Shown one piece after another: positions 1 to 8,826 of a stretch of DNA of 64,000 bases. Within the stretch, counting starts at the first letter, position 1. Every line of letters starts with the position of its first letter. Origin of the DNA: Chitinophagales bacterium (GTDB taxonomy: Bacteria; Bacteroidota; Bacteroidia; Chitinophagales; UBA10324). The stretch lies in NCBI GenBank assembly GCA_038326325.1, contig JBBQJW010000016.1, forward strand, positions 4,264 to 68,263, written 5' to 3'. The notes beneath the pieces are model-generated. The model saw only the letters and a program-made list of their open reading frames with translations. It was not told the origin of the DNA and searched no databases. The position numbers and the translations under genes were made by a program.

Positions 1-1980
1 AGAATCGGAAGGCATCGTCCAGATTATATTAATACCATGGAAATTGATCAGATAGGTAATGTTTACCTCGCCGGAAACTTTAAAGATACAATTGATTTTG
101 ATCCAGGACCGGCAGTATATAATTTAATATCAATGGGTAATGATGATGATTTTATTCTGAAATTAAATGCGTCTGGAAATTTTGTTTGGGCTAGAAGAAC
201 AGGAAATGAAAACTACGATTATTGTGGAGACATTGATGTACAGCCGGACAATAGCATTTTTATTACTGGCGCTTTTATAGGTACAGTTGATTTTGATCCG
301 GGATCAGCTACTCATAATTTGTCCTCGACTCAACAAAACATGTTTATTCAGAAACTGGATTCCAATGGGAATTATGTGGGAGCACAAAGAATAGGAACCG
401 GTAGTGTTGTAGTTGGCTACAATATAGAAACAGATTACGCAGGAAATATCTTTACTTCCGGAGTATTTACTAATACGCAGGATTTTGATCCAGGTATTGC
501 AGTTCAAAATCTAACTTCAATTGGCGCCAGTATAGATATTTTTGTTATGAAACTTACTTCCGCGGGTGTTTTTTCTTGGGCATGCAGTTTAGGTTCAGCA
601 CAAAATGATGAACCATTTGGTTTTGCAATCGATGATTCGGGAAATGTGATTACAACAGGAAGTTTTTATGATTCACCTGATTTTGATCCTGGCGCAGGAA
701 TTTTTACTTTAACCAGCAACGGCCTTAGCGACAGTTATGTTTGGAAACTGGATGCAAATGGGAATTTTAGATGGGCAAAATCTATGGGCAGTGCGGCAAG
801 TGAATATGGGTTAACAGTTGCAAAGGATAATGCCGGCAATATATATTCCTCCGGTAAATTTTCTAATACTTTAGATCTTGATCCTGGAACGGGGATATTA
901 AATTTTACTGCAAATGGTGTAAGTGATATTTATATTCAAAAGCTGACAACAAACGGAGATTTTGAATGGACTAAACAAATAGGGGGCTCCAACATTGAAA
1001 CATGTAATTCTTTAGTCATAGATAATTCTGGAAATTTGTTCGCAACCGGATCTTTCCGTGATACAGTAGATTTTAATGCAGATGCAGGTGTGTTTAATTT
1101 AATATCTGCAAGTCCTAATGTATCTGATTTATTTGTTTTGAAATTAGACCCGGCGAATAATTGTGCCTCCTGTCCAATACCAACAAACATCACCTCCGCA
1201 AATATTACAGGAACAGCAGCAACAATTAATTGGGATGGTAACAGTTGTGCTGTTAAATATCGTGTTCGTTACAGAGTTCAGGGAACAACAACATGGACCA
1301 CAAAAATTGTTACAGCACCTATTGTTACAAAAACGCTTACTGCATTGCAATCATTAACTACTTATGAATACCAGATAAGAACTGATTGTAATTCAGCTGG
1401 AACTACCGCGTCTGCTTATTCAGCAATTCAAACATTTACAACCATCTGCACTTGCAGCAAACCCACTAACATTACCATCACCAACCTTAAACAAACAACA
1501 GCAAAAGTGAATTGGGTAGGGAACAACTGTGCAGTTAAGTATCGTTTGCAATACCGCAAGCAGGGAACCACTGCATGGACTACAAAAACCGTTACAGCAC
1601 CTACTTTGTTTTATACTATCACCGGCTTAACCAATAACACCATTTACGAGTACCATTTGCGCAGTGATTGTAACTCAACCGGCTCAGTGAATTCAGGATG
1701 GACTACTACCACAACATTTACTACCCCATTAAGAATGGAAGATGATGAATCTGTTACATCGCTGTTTTCTATAACGCCCAACCCCTGTAACACCTGCGAA
1801 GTGCGAGGAGCAGAAAATGCAAACGACTTAACAGTAACAGATATTCTTGGAAGAAAACTAAATGCAGAATTCACCCAATCGGCGAATGGCTACTACATTA
1901 ACCTTCCTGCTGCCTGTAACGGAATTTTATTTATCAGGAATAGTAAAACAGGAGAGGTGGTAAAATTTATTAAGGAATAA
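1..1980 (+). CDS. Secreted SBBP-like beta-propeller repeat protein with two fibronectin-III-like domains and a T9SS type-A C-terminal domain. The 5' end runs off the window.
   Basis: Frame 1 is open from nt 1 (RIGRHRPDYINT precedes the ORF-track Met at 37). There are at least 6 repeat units carrying a DFDPG-type motif. Two Fn3-like units follow (NWxGNxCAVKYRxxYR...YEYxxRxDC). The C-terminus FSITPNP...ILFIRN...VVKFIKE resembles a Por/T9SS sorting domain. Confidence 0.8.
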   Translation, partial: RIGRHRPDYINTMEIDQIGNVYLAGNFKDTIDFDPGPAVYNLISMGNDDDFILKLNASGNFVWARRTGNENYDYCGDIDVQPDNSIFITGAFIGTVDFDPGSATHNLSSTQQNMFIQKLDSNGNYVGAQRIGTGSVVVGYNIETDYAGNIFTSGVFTNTQDFDPGIAVQNLTSIGASIDIFVMKLTSAGVFSWACSLGSAQNDEPFGFAIDDSGNVITTGSFYDSPDFDPGAGIFTLTSNGLSDSYVWKLDANGNFRWAKSMGSAASEYGLTVAKDNAGNIYSSGKFSNTLDLDPGTGILNFTANGVSDIYIQKLTTNGDFEWTKQIGGSNIETCNSLVIDNSGNLFATGSFRDTVDFNADAGVFNLISASPNVSDLFVLKLDPANNCASCPIPTNITSANITGTAATINWDGNSCAVKYRVRYRVQGTTTWTTKIVTAPIVTKTLTALQSLTTYEYQIRTDCNSAGTTASAYSAIQTFTTICTCSKPTNITITNLKQTTAKVNWVGNNCAVKYRLQYRKQGTTAWTTKTVTAPTLFYTITGLTNNTIYEYHLRSDCNSTGSVNSGWTTTTTFTTPLRMEDDESVTSLFSITPNPCNTCEVRGAENANDLTVTDILGRKLNAEFTQSANGYYINLPAACNGILFIRNSKTGEVVKFIKE

Positions 1981-2045
1981 TTTAGCACTGAAGAGTGAAA
2001 AATTTTATTCTTCGTTATTAATTCTTCACTCTTCGTTCTTCACTA

Positions 2046-2082
2046 AAAAAGCAGAATTCTTAAACGGGTTCTACTTTTTTGT
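2046..2082. terminator. Weak bidirectional terminator candidate between convergent genes.
   Basis: AAAAAA-GCAGAA-(12 nt)-TTCTAC-TTTTTT. The stem is only 6 bp with one mismatch, flanked by an A-run and a T-run. Confidence 0.3.
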
Positions 2083-2125
2083 TTGAAATTAAATTTTTCA
2101 CTTTTCGATTTTAGCTTTTAACTAA

Positions 2126-3736
2126 TCATTGCAGCACCACGCTCTTCGAATAAACTTTTCCATTCTTTATTATTTCGGCCATGTAATAGCCGGCAGCAGG
2201 TTTTGTGTTAGTGTTTATTCTGAAATAATAATTATCAGTGTCGGGTGTAACAGTTGAACTAAAAACCTGTTTACCCGAAGCATCAGTAAGTGTAACAGTT
2301 AGTTTATCATCTTTCGCGCCGCGAATATTCAGGTTCAGGTTTTTAATGGTTGTCGGGTTTGGCAGAACGGTAAAACTGAAATCATCTAACAAATAATTTA
2401 CATCATCCGTCAGCGAATCAGAAACACGACCGTCAAAATTTGTTTGTTTTAATCTGTAATACGATACTCCCTGTAACGGATGCTCATCAATAGTTTTATA
2501 ATCAATACGGTGATTGCTGTTACCTGCTGCATCCACTTTCAGTATCTCTATAAAATGAACAGCATCTGATGAGCGCTCAATGGTAAAATAATCGCTGTTG
2601 GTTTCCGATAATGTGGTCCATGTAAGGTCAACCACATCTTTCTTCAGTTGCGCGTTAAAGAAAATTAATTCAACCGGAAGTGCAAACCCCTGTTGCGTAA
2701 ACCCAATTCCGAAATCAGAAAATGCGCTAAGCGCCGACCGTGCAGCTGTAACAGTAGTAGCTGTAACAGATTGCGTGCTGTTGTTGTGTGTGCCGAGCGA
2801 TTGCCATGCAGTTCCTGAGTTATCGCGTTTAATCACGCAGTAACGATCGGCACTTAGTCCCATATTTGTTGCACCTTTTTCAATAACTGTTACAGTATAA
2901 ACACCACCTGTCATTGAAGTATTAGGTGTTAAAGTCCAGTATCCATAGTTGAGCATATCAGTAATTGGAGTTCCGTTTACATTTAACCCAGCAGGAAGAG
3001 CAGTCGGATTTGGAACCGCATTGGTAAACGAACTGAGTATATCAGTGAAACCAGTCATGCCTGTGAAATTGAGGTTTGCCAATTCGTAATTTGCAGCAGT
3101 ACCAATCGGAAAATAATAAGAACCAGTTGTACTCACATTCCTGCGCAGATAACCTACAATGTATTCGGTAGGGGAGTATGGATTAATTGCATCGGTGGAG
3201 GCGTTTGTTACATACACTTCATTTACTCCTGTGGTTACAAGACCTGCGGTTAAATTTAATGTTCCGGCAATAGTTATGTTTTGCGAAAGCGAAATGCCTG
3301 AAGCGTTATTCATGTTGCAGTTAAAAAAACCTGTTACAGTTGAGCCACTCAGGTTTTGAGGCGAGGTGCCCCAAAAAGTAACCTTGCCTGTTTCACTCAA
3401 AAATGTTCCGTTGTTTATCCAATCACCTTTTACATACATATCACCTTCTTGTGTTGTACTTCCCGCTCCCGAATTGGTGAAAGAACCTTCAACACCAATA
3501 AGGGTTCCGGTGCTTACATATAATGTCCCTGTATTAATAGTATTTGCTGTTTGTGCAGCTGCTGAATTATATAATACACCCAGCATCCAAAGTGTAATCA
3601 CTAAAAATGTTACAGCAATCACTTTGTTTTTTTCAGCACGGTTCATTTTTGTTTTCCATTCGTTTTTCATGTTGATGAAATTTATATCGTGTGAAAGGAA
3701 TAGTTCCAAGGGGTCAACTGTTACAGTGCAGTTCAT
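2126..3736 (-). CDS. T9SS-secreted protein of unknown function with an N-terminal signal/anchor and a C-terminal sorting domain.
   Basis: 536-aa ORF. The hydrophobic segment VIAVTFLVITLWMLGVLYNSAAAQ suggests the real start is Met23 (3670) or Met31 (3646). The C-terminus FTVLPNPTT...YYMAEIIKNGKVYSKSVVLQ is CTD-like. The upstream gene's stop is 1 nt away, so the two are probably co-transcribed. Confidence 0.75.
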   Translation of the reverse strand: MNCTVTVDPLELFLSHDINFINMKNEWKTKMNRAEKNKVIAVTFLVITLWMLGVLYNSAAAQTANTINTGTLYVSTGTLIGVEGSFTNSGAGSTTQEGDMYVKGDWINNGTFLSETGKVTFWGTSPQNLSGSTVTGFFNCNMNNASGISLSQNITIAGTLNLTAGLVTTGVNEVYVTNASTDAINPYSPTEYIVGYLRRNVSTTGSYYFPIGTAANYELANLNFTGMTGFTDILSSFTNAVPNPTALPAGLNVNGTPITDMLNYGYWTLTPNTSMTGGVYTVTVIEKGATNMGLSADRYCVIKRDNSGTAWQSLGTHNNSTQSVTATTVTAARSALSAFSDFGIGFTQQGFALPVELIFFNAQLKKDVVDLTWTTLSETNSDYFTIERSSDAVHFIEILKVDAAGNSNHRIDYKTIDEHPLQGVSYYRLKQTNFDGRVSDSLTDDVNYLLDDFSFTVLPNPTTIKNLNLNIRGAKDDKLTVTLTDASGKQVFSSTVTPDTDNYYFRINTNTKPAAGYYMAEIIKNGKVYSKSVVLQ

Positions 3737-3737
3737 T

Positions 3738-5489
3738 CTAATTAATTGTTGCTTTTATCACCACAAACCGAATCACAATTGCTTCCGACAACGAACCTGC
3801 AGTATTGTTCCGCACAGTTATTTTAAATGAACCTGCAGCCATAGTGTTAGCTGTTACAGTATAGGCGCCAACAGTTCCGCCTGAATCGTGTTGCGTTATT
3901 ATTACATCATTGGCAGCAACACTTGAATTGGTAACAGTAAATGAAACAATAGTTGCGGCAGCTAATGCAGCATTATTCAAAGTAATAGTTCCGCAGTTTT
4001 TGTTAAGTGTTACACCTGTTGATTTGTTAGTGATTTGTGTAACAGCACCACCTGCTCCTGTTGCATATCCGATTCCTGAAGTTGCAGAGGTGCTGGTTAT
4101 TCCACCAACTACCTGCAATGTTGTTCCCGGTGTTGTTATTCCTATTCCAACACTTCCGCTTCCGAGAATAGTCATTTGAGTTGCAGGTGCATTATCAGCA
4201 GTTCCCGAACCACCCGCAGCAGCAACTTTAAAATAAATGTTTGAAGTTCCTGTTCCTGTTGAAGTGCCTGACGATAAATTTAAGTCACCACCATTCAGAT
4301 TTGTTCCTCCGTTAAATGCTCCTCCTGATTGAATGGTGAAATTAAAACCCGCTGTTCCTGAGTTTGTGTTTCGTTCCATCCATATTGTTCGCGCGGCAGT
4401 TCCCTCAAAACTTAAAGTGTTTGTTGGTGATGAAACTCCGATTCCCACTTTCACTAAATTTCCTCCTGAACCACCAAGCACTAAACTATTGCTTTGACTT
4501 ACAATAGAGCTATATCCGATTGCAGTAGCATTCGTAAGCGCTGCTGATCCTGCATCAGCATTACTACCAACAAAAGTATTGTTGCTACCTGTTGTGTTTG
4601 TAGTTCCTGCTGTATAGCCAAGTCCTGTATTATAACTTCCGGTTGTAACACCGCTTAAAGAATTGTAACCTGATGATACATTTCTTCCACCTGTTGTTAA
4701 AAGCCGAAGACTATTTACACCAAAAGCAGAATTATAAACTCCTGATGTATCGTAGTATAATGAGTTTTGTCCGAAAGCTGAATTACCATTTCCTGTAGTT
4801 AATGAATACATTGAATAAGATCCTGTTGCAGTGTTCTGTCCACCTGTTCTTAAAGCGAATTGCGAATTCATTCCTATTGCAGTATTATCAAAACCTGTAG
4901 TGGAAGTTTTCATGCTTGCATAACCTAAAGCAGTATTATTAAATCCGGTTGTGTTGTTTAACAGTGAAGACCATCCCAATGAACTGTTACTTGTGCCTGA
5001 GGTATTTGCCTTACCTGAATTAAAGCCTACGAAGGTGCTGCCATTATATGTGTTGTTATTTCCTGCCTGATAACCGTAAGTGGTATTTCCCTCCGTAGAA
5101 TTTCCAACTCGCCCTGATTTTTGATTATTAACTTTTAAGGTAAAAGGAATATCATCAGTAGTTCCCAAAAAATTTGTTCCATCAACAGTCCCACTATTTC
5201 CGATTATTGACCAACCGGAAGCAATTAATGGCAACCATTGGGTTCCATCATAATACCAGAAACCGGCGCCTCCATCTGTCTGATATATTAATAGTCCGGT
5301 TGCAGGAGATGAAATGGATCCTTTCTGTGCCTCAGTCATTCTCGGTGTCAGCATTCCCTTAGTTGTTGAAGTCAAATCAAGAAGTGATGATGCGCTTGGG
5401 GAAGTGGTTCCAACGCCAACCTGAGCTTCAGATACATTTATCAGGATGAGACTATAAAACAATGCAAAGTATGTAAATTTTATTTTCAT
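3738..5489 (-). CDS. Secreted repeat protein resembling a tail fibre or YadA head. It has a signal peptide and no T9SS CTD.
   Basis: MKIKFTYFALFYSLILINVSEAQ is a signal peptide. There are three VG(I/V)G(T/V/I)(T/S)SP motifs. A long run of ~14-aa Gly/Asn/Thr/Ser repeats (NTALGYxS, NTAIGxNS, NSAFGxNS) is typical of phage tail-fibre or trimeric-adhesin head repeats. Confidence 0.75.
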   Translation of the reverse strand: MKIKFTYFALFYSLILINVSEAQVGVGTTSPSASSLLDLTSTTKGMLTPRMTEAQKGSISSPATGLLIYQTDGGAGFWYYDGTQWLPLIASGWSIIGNSGTVDGTNFLGTTDDIPFTLKVNNQKSGRVGNSTEGNTTYGYQAGNNNTYNGSTFVGFNSGKANTSGTSNSSLGWSSLLNNTTGFNNTALGYASMKTSTTGFDNTAIGMNSQFALRTGGQNTATGSYSMYSLTTGNGNSAFGQNSLYYDTSGVYNSAFGVNSLRLLTTGGRNVSSGYNSLSGVTTGSYNTGLGYTAGTTNTTGSNNTFVGSNADAGSAALTNATAIGYSSIVSQSNSLVLGGSGGNLVKVGIGVSSPTNTLSFEGTAARTIWMERNTNSGTAGFNFTIQSGGAFNGGTNLNGGDLNLSSGTSTGTGTSNIYFKVAAAGGSGTADNAPATQMTILGSGSVGIGITTPGTTLQVVGGITSTSATSGIGYATGAGGAVTQITNKSTGVTLNKNCGTITLNNAALAAATIVSFTVTNSSVAANDVIITQHDSGGTVGAYTVTANTMAAGSFKITVRNNTAGSLSEAIVIRFVVIKATIN

Positions 5490-5558
5490 AGTTGCCGTTT
5501 TTATTGAGATAAGTAATACTGTTTTAACTCCTTTTTGTTACAACATTATGTAACTATA

Positions 5559-5621
5559 TTACCGTTCAGCAATACTATTTTACCGTTCAATAGTATTTTA
5601 TTATCGTTCAGTAACATATTC
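5559..5621. repeat. Three tandem 21-bp units sharing TTAYCGTTCA. This is a possible operator array in a divergent promoter region.
   Basis: The units are TTACCGTTCAGCAATACTATT, TTACCGTTCAATAGTATTTTA and TTATCGTTCAGTAACATATTC, starting at 5559, 5580 and 5601. AATACTATT (5571) and AATAGTATT (5589) are reverse complements of each other. Confidence 0.8.
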
Positions 5622-5799
5622 AAAAATTCTGCGTAATGACCCTTCAACAAATAAAAGTCATGAAATTTTCAACACAATTCTCAACAACAAAAAGCAATGG
5701 TTTACCCTGCACAGTGTGCATAGCCAGCCTCGTTTTACAACTGCACGAAAGCAAGTTTACGACCCGATTTTTTTTAATTCATTCTTAAAACCTTCACTC

Positions 5800-7755
5800 A
5801 TGAATACAAATTTTTACAACTCATTAAGTAATCATTTCGGTTTTAAAGCGGTATCGAAAACTCTGTTTATCATTTTCCTATTCTCTTATTCTTCACAACT
5901 TTTCGCTCAAAGTGTTCCAGCCGCACCGACCTCAGTAACTGCAAGCCCGTCCGTTATCTGCATGGGAAGTTTAGCTTCACTAAAAGCAACTTCACCTGGC
6001 AACTCCATCAGATGGTACACTGAAAGTACAAGCACTGTAACAGTCGGAACAAGTGCAAGTGGTGCAAATTTTTCAGTTTCTCCTTCGGTTGCCACTACTT
6101 ATTACGCAGAAGCTTATACTTCACTTGGAATAGCGAGCGCAACAAGAACTTCTGTTACAGTTATCGTAAATACAATTCCTGAAATAATTTCTGTACCACA
6201 GGATATAATGACAAGTAATACTCCCGGAGATTGCGGAGCTATTATTAATTATCCAAGTGTAACAGTTGTAGGAATTCCAGCCCCTTCTGTTATTTATTCA
6301 CAACCTTCGGGCACTCACTTTCAGGTAGGAACAACAACAGTTTTAACAACTGCGGTTAATACTTGCGGAAGTTCTTCTCTTTCTTTTGATGTAACAGTCA
6401 ACGATGTTGAATATCCTGCAATGGTCACACCTCCGAATATTAATCTCACAGCCCCTTCTGGGTCAACAACAGTTTCAAATGTTGATCTCGGAACTCCGAT
6501 TGTAACAGATAATTGCGGAGAATATACCATTTCAAATAATGCTCCTTCAACTTTTCCAGGCGGAACAACCGTCATAACCTGGACTGTTACAGACTCACAT
6601 GGTCATTCTGTTACCACAACACAAAGTGTAACAGTAGTTGTTTCTAACACAGCTCCTGTTTTAAATGATATTACTTCAAACGACGCTGATAATATTATAG
6701 CACAATTCACTTGTGCAACATTAAACATCGGCTGGTTAGATGAGCCAAATGGTGGCCCTTATACCATTGATGTTGATTGGAGAGATAGTTCAGCGCATAC
6801 AGTACTAACAGGAGTAAGTGCTCATAGTGTTACACCTTCGCATACCTATAATAAAACAGGGGTGTTTGCTCCAGTAATTAAAATTTCAGATGGCAGCAAT
6901 GCGAAAGACACCATCGTTTTCAAATATCTGGTTGTTTACATTGTAGGAAATTACAGCACAACAACCGAAGGAGAATTTACTGCTCCTGCTGGTTCTTTAG
7001 TTTCAAATCCAAATTTGTCTTTATGTAATCGCAAAGTTGAATTCGGTGTTGAGTGCAAACCTAAAGCGTGTCATCCCGGAATGTTTGATGGTGAAGTTGA
7101 AATCGAATTAAACGGGGGTCATTTTGAGTTTGAAACAGAAAAAATTGACTGGGATTATTTAGCTGTATCAGCTTGCTTCCTTGCAACATTTGAAGGTTCA
7201 GGATATTTATATCCTGAAGGGCATCACAATGGCTGCCACGGAAGATGTCATGGTGGGTGTAACAATAACTCTGGGCACCACTACGGAATTTTAATAGTAC
7301 AATCTGATAAATATAAAAACACTTCTAACGCAAATAAAGTGAGAATTAAAATCTGGAATATTGACAATGGAGCAATTGTATTTGACACACAAATGGGAGC
7401 CCCTGATTATGCTTTACCAACAACTACATTATCGAAAGGTTGTGTGAAAGTTAAAGTTCCAAATAATTGTGTACCAAGATTAGAAGATGCTGATGGAATG
7501 ATGTTCACGGGAGCTTTCCAAACCATCGTTGCGCCAAATCCATTTACTTCTGATTTTAAAATTGATGTTTCTTCAATGTCTGAATCAAATATCAATGTTG
7601 AAATTTATGATGTGGTTGGAAAATTAGTTCAATCAATTCCTAATGTTTCAGTGAATGAAACATTCACTGTTCAAAATGATTTGCCAACGGGAGTTTATTT
7701 TGTTCGAATCACTCAGGATGAAAATTCGCAGGTTGTGCGCGTTATTAAGCAGTAA
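5800..7755 (+). CDS. T9SS-secreted protein with Ig-like, HYR-like and PKD-like domains.
   Basis: The ORF runs 5716..7755, but the Met at 5800 precedes a signal-like segment (KTLFIIFLFSYSSQLFAQ). HYR-like segments are present (PGDCGAIINYPSVTVVG, VTDNCGEYTISN). The CTD-like end is IVAPNPFTSDFKIDV...GVYFVRITQDENSQVVRVIKQ. A His/Cys cluster reads PEGHHNGCHGRCHGGCNNNSGHH. Confidence 0.8.
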   Translation: MNTNFYNSLSNHFGFKAVSKTLFIIFLFSYSSQLFAQSVPAAPTSVTASPSVICMGSLASLKATSPGNSIRWYTESTSTVTVGTSASGANFSVSPSVATTYYAEAYTSLGIASATRTSVTVIVNTIPEIISVPQDIMTSNTPGDCGAIINYPSVTVVGIPAPSVIYSQPSGTHFQVGTTTVLTTAVNTCGSSSLSFDVTVNDVEYPAMVTPPNINLTAPSGSTTVSNVDLGTPIVTDNCGEYTISNNAPSTFPGGTTVITWTVTDSHGHSVTTTQSVTVVVSNTAPVLNDITSNDADNIIAQFTCATLNIGWLDEPNGGPYTIDVDWRDSSAHTVLTGVSAHSVTPSHTYNKTGVFAPVIKISDGSNAKDTIVFKYLVVYIVGNYSTTTEGEFTAPAGSLVSNPNLSLCNRKVEFGVECKPKACHPGMFDGEVEIELNGGHFEFETEKIDWDYLAVSACFLATFEGSGYLYPEGHHNGCHGRCHGGCNNNSGHHYGILIVQSDKYKNTSNANKVRIKIWNIDNGAIVFDTQMGAPDYALPTTTLSKGCVKVKVPNNCVPRLEDADGMMFTGAFQTIVAPNPFTSDFKIDVSSMSESNINVEIYDVVGKLVQSIPNVSVNETFTVQNDLPTGVYFVRITQDENSQVVRVIKQ

Positions 7756-7781
7756 TAAGTTACCAGTTAAGTAATTGATAG

Positions 7782-7820
7782 AATGGCTGAGAATTGAATT
7801 TTCTCAGCCATTTTTATTTT
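7782..7820 (+). terminator. Rho-independent terminator.
   Basis: ATGGCTGAGAA-TTGAAT-TTCTCAGCCAT is a perfect 11-bp stem followed by TTTTTATTTT. It lies 27 nt after the stop at 7755. Confidence 0.85.
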
Positions 7821-7933
7821 ACCTTGGAATTTTTACATCATTCATTTTCATGTTGACAATATCATTTCATAAAAAATATTTCAGGTAGACAGTAGAATTA
7901 ATTTTGAAAAAAAATTTCCGAACAGCTTCTTCA

Positions 7934-8137
7934 ATGTACATCATCAAGATAAAAGGCAAAGTAAAAATTCCGGACTATGTGCAGATTCGCGATGATAAGT
8001 TCACCTTGCTTGCATACTTCCGTGCTGATAGACCGGAAAATGCTTTGCTGAAATGCGGTCTCGGCGCAAGTGAAGAAAAGATAAAAAAGATTATTTCTGA
8101 ATTGGATTACGGAAAAATTTTAAAACTCGAACTCTGA
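7934..8137 (+). CDS. Small hypothetical protein (67 aa from the ATG at 7934) translationally coupled to ftsE.
   Basis: The ORF track starts at a TTG (7904), and the first ATG is at 7934. The stop TGA overlaps the ftsE ATG by 1 nt (TGATG). I recognise no family. Confidence 0.5.
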   Translation: MYIIKIKGKVKIPDYVQIRDDKFTLLAYFRADRPENALLKCGLGASEEKIKKIISELDYGKILKLEL

Positions 8138-8826
8138 TGAACCACAATATTATAGAATTGCACGATGCAGTTATTTATCAGGACGAAGCGCTTGTACTCA
8201 ACGATGTTAACCTTAATATCAACGCGAGTGAATTTGTTTACTTAGTTGGAAAAACAGGAAGTGGAAAAAGTTCGCTACTCAAAGTTTTGTATGGCGATTT
8301 GGATATTGCAGGTGGAACCGGAACAGTTTGCGGTTATGATTTGCAAAAATTAAAAGCAAAAGAAATTCCTTTTCTAAGACGCAAACTTGGGATTGTATTT
8401 CAGGATTTTCAATTACTAACTGACAGAAGTGTAAATGAAAATTTATTATTCGTTTTGCGCGCAACCGGGTGGACTGATAAAACAAAAATGAATGAACGGG
8501 TTGCTGAAGTGCTTGCAATGGTTGGTCTTAGTACTAAAGATTTTAAAATGCCCCATGAACTTTCTGGTGGCGAACAACAACGGATTGTAATTGCCCGAGC
8601 ATTGCTGAATCATCCCGAACTAATTCTTGCTGATGAACCCACCGGAAATCTCGACCACGCAACTTCAGATGATATAATTCAACTGTTACAGAAGATTTGT
8701 CGGGAAGCAGGAACAGCAGTATTAGTTGCTTCTCATGACTTAATGGTGATCGGAAAATTTCCTTCCCGCACTTTGATATGCGAAGGGGGAAGAATTACTG
8801 AGCAGGTTGCTCAAGCAACTGTATAA
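8137..8826 (+). CDS. ftsE: Cell-division ABC transporter ATP-binding protein FtsE.
   Basis: Walker A GKTGSGKSS, ABC signature LSGGEQQR and Walker B LILADEPTGNLD are present. The size (229 aa) is typical of FtsE. Confidence 0.9.
   Translation: MNHNIIELHDAVIYQDEALVLNDVNLNINASEFVYLVGKTGSGKSSLLKVLYGDLDIAGGTGTVCGYDLQKLKAKEIPFLRRKLGIVFQDFQLLTDRSVNENLLFVLRATGWTDKTKMNERVAEVLAMVGLSTKDFKMPHELSGGEQQRIVIARALLNHPELILADEPTGNLDHATSDDIIQLLQKICREAGTAVLVASHDLMVIGKFPSRTLICEGGRITEQVAQATV

Noticed and set aside
3366-3830. Several long antisense or shadow ORFs lie inside large genes: 3366..3830, 3910..4179, 39459..39809, 41857..42357, 56588..56881, 56894..57256, 63256..63573 and 12682..12873.
   Set aside because: Each lies entirely within, and opposite to or out of frame with, a much longer ORF that has recognisable domains. 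Their products have no domain or composition signal.
8795-8826. The ftsE and glycosyltransferase 3' ends overlap convergently by 32 bp.
   Set aside because: Both stops are fixed by the sequence and both proteins look complete. Short convergent overlaps are common in compact genomes and I see no extra structure there.
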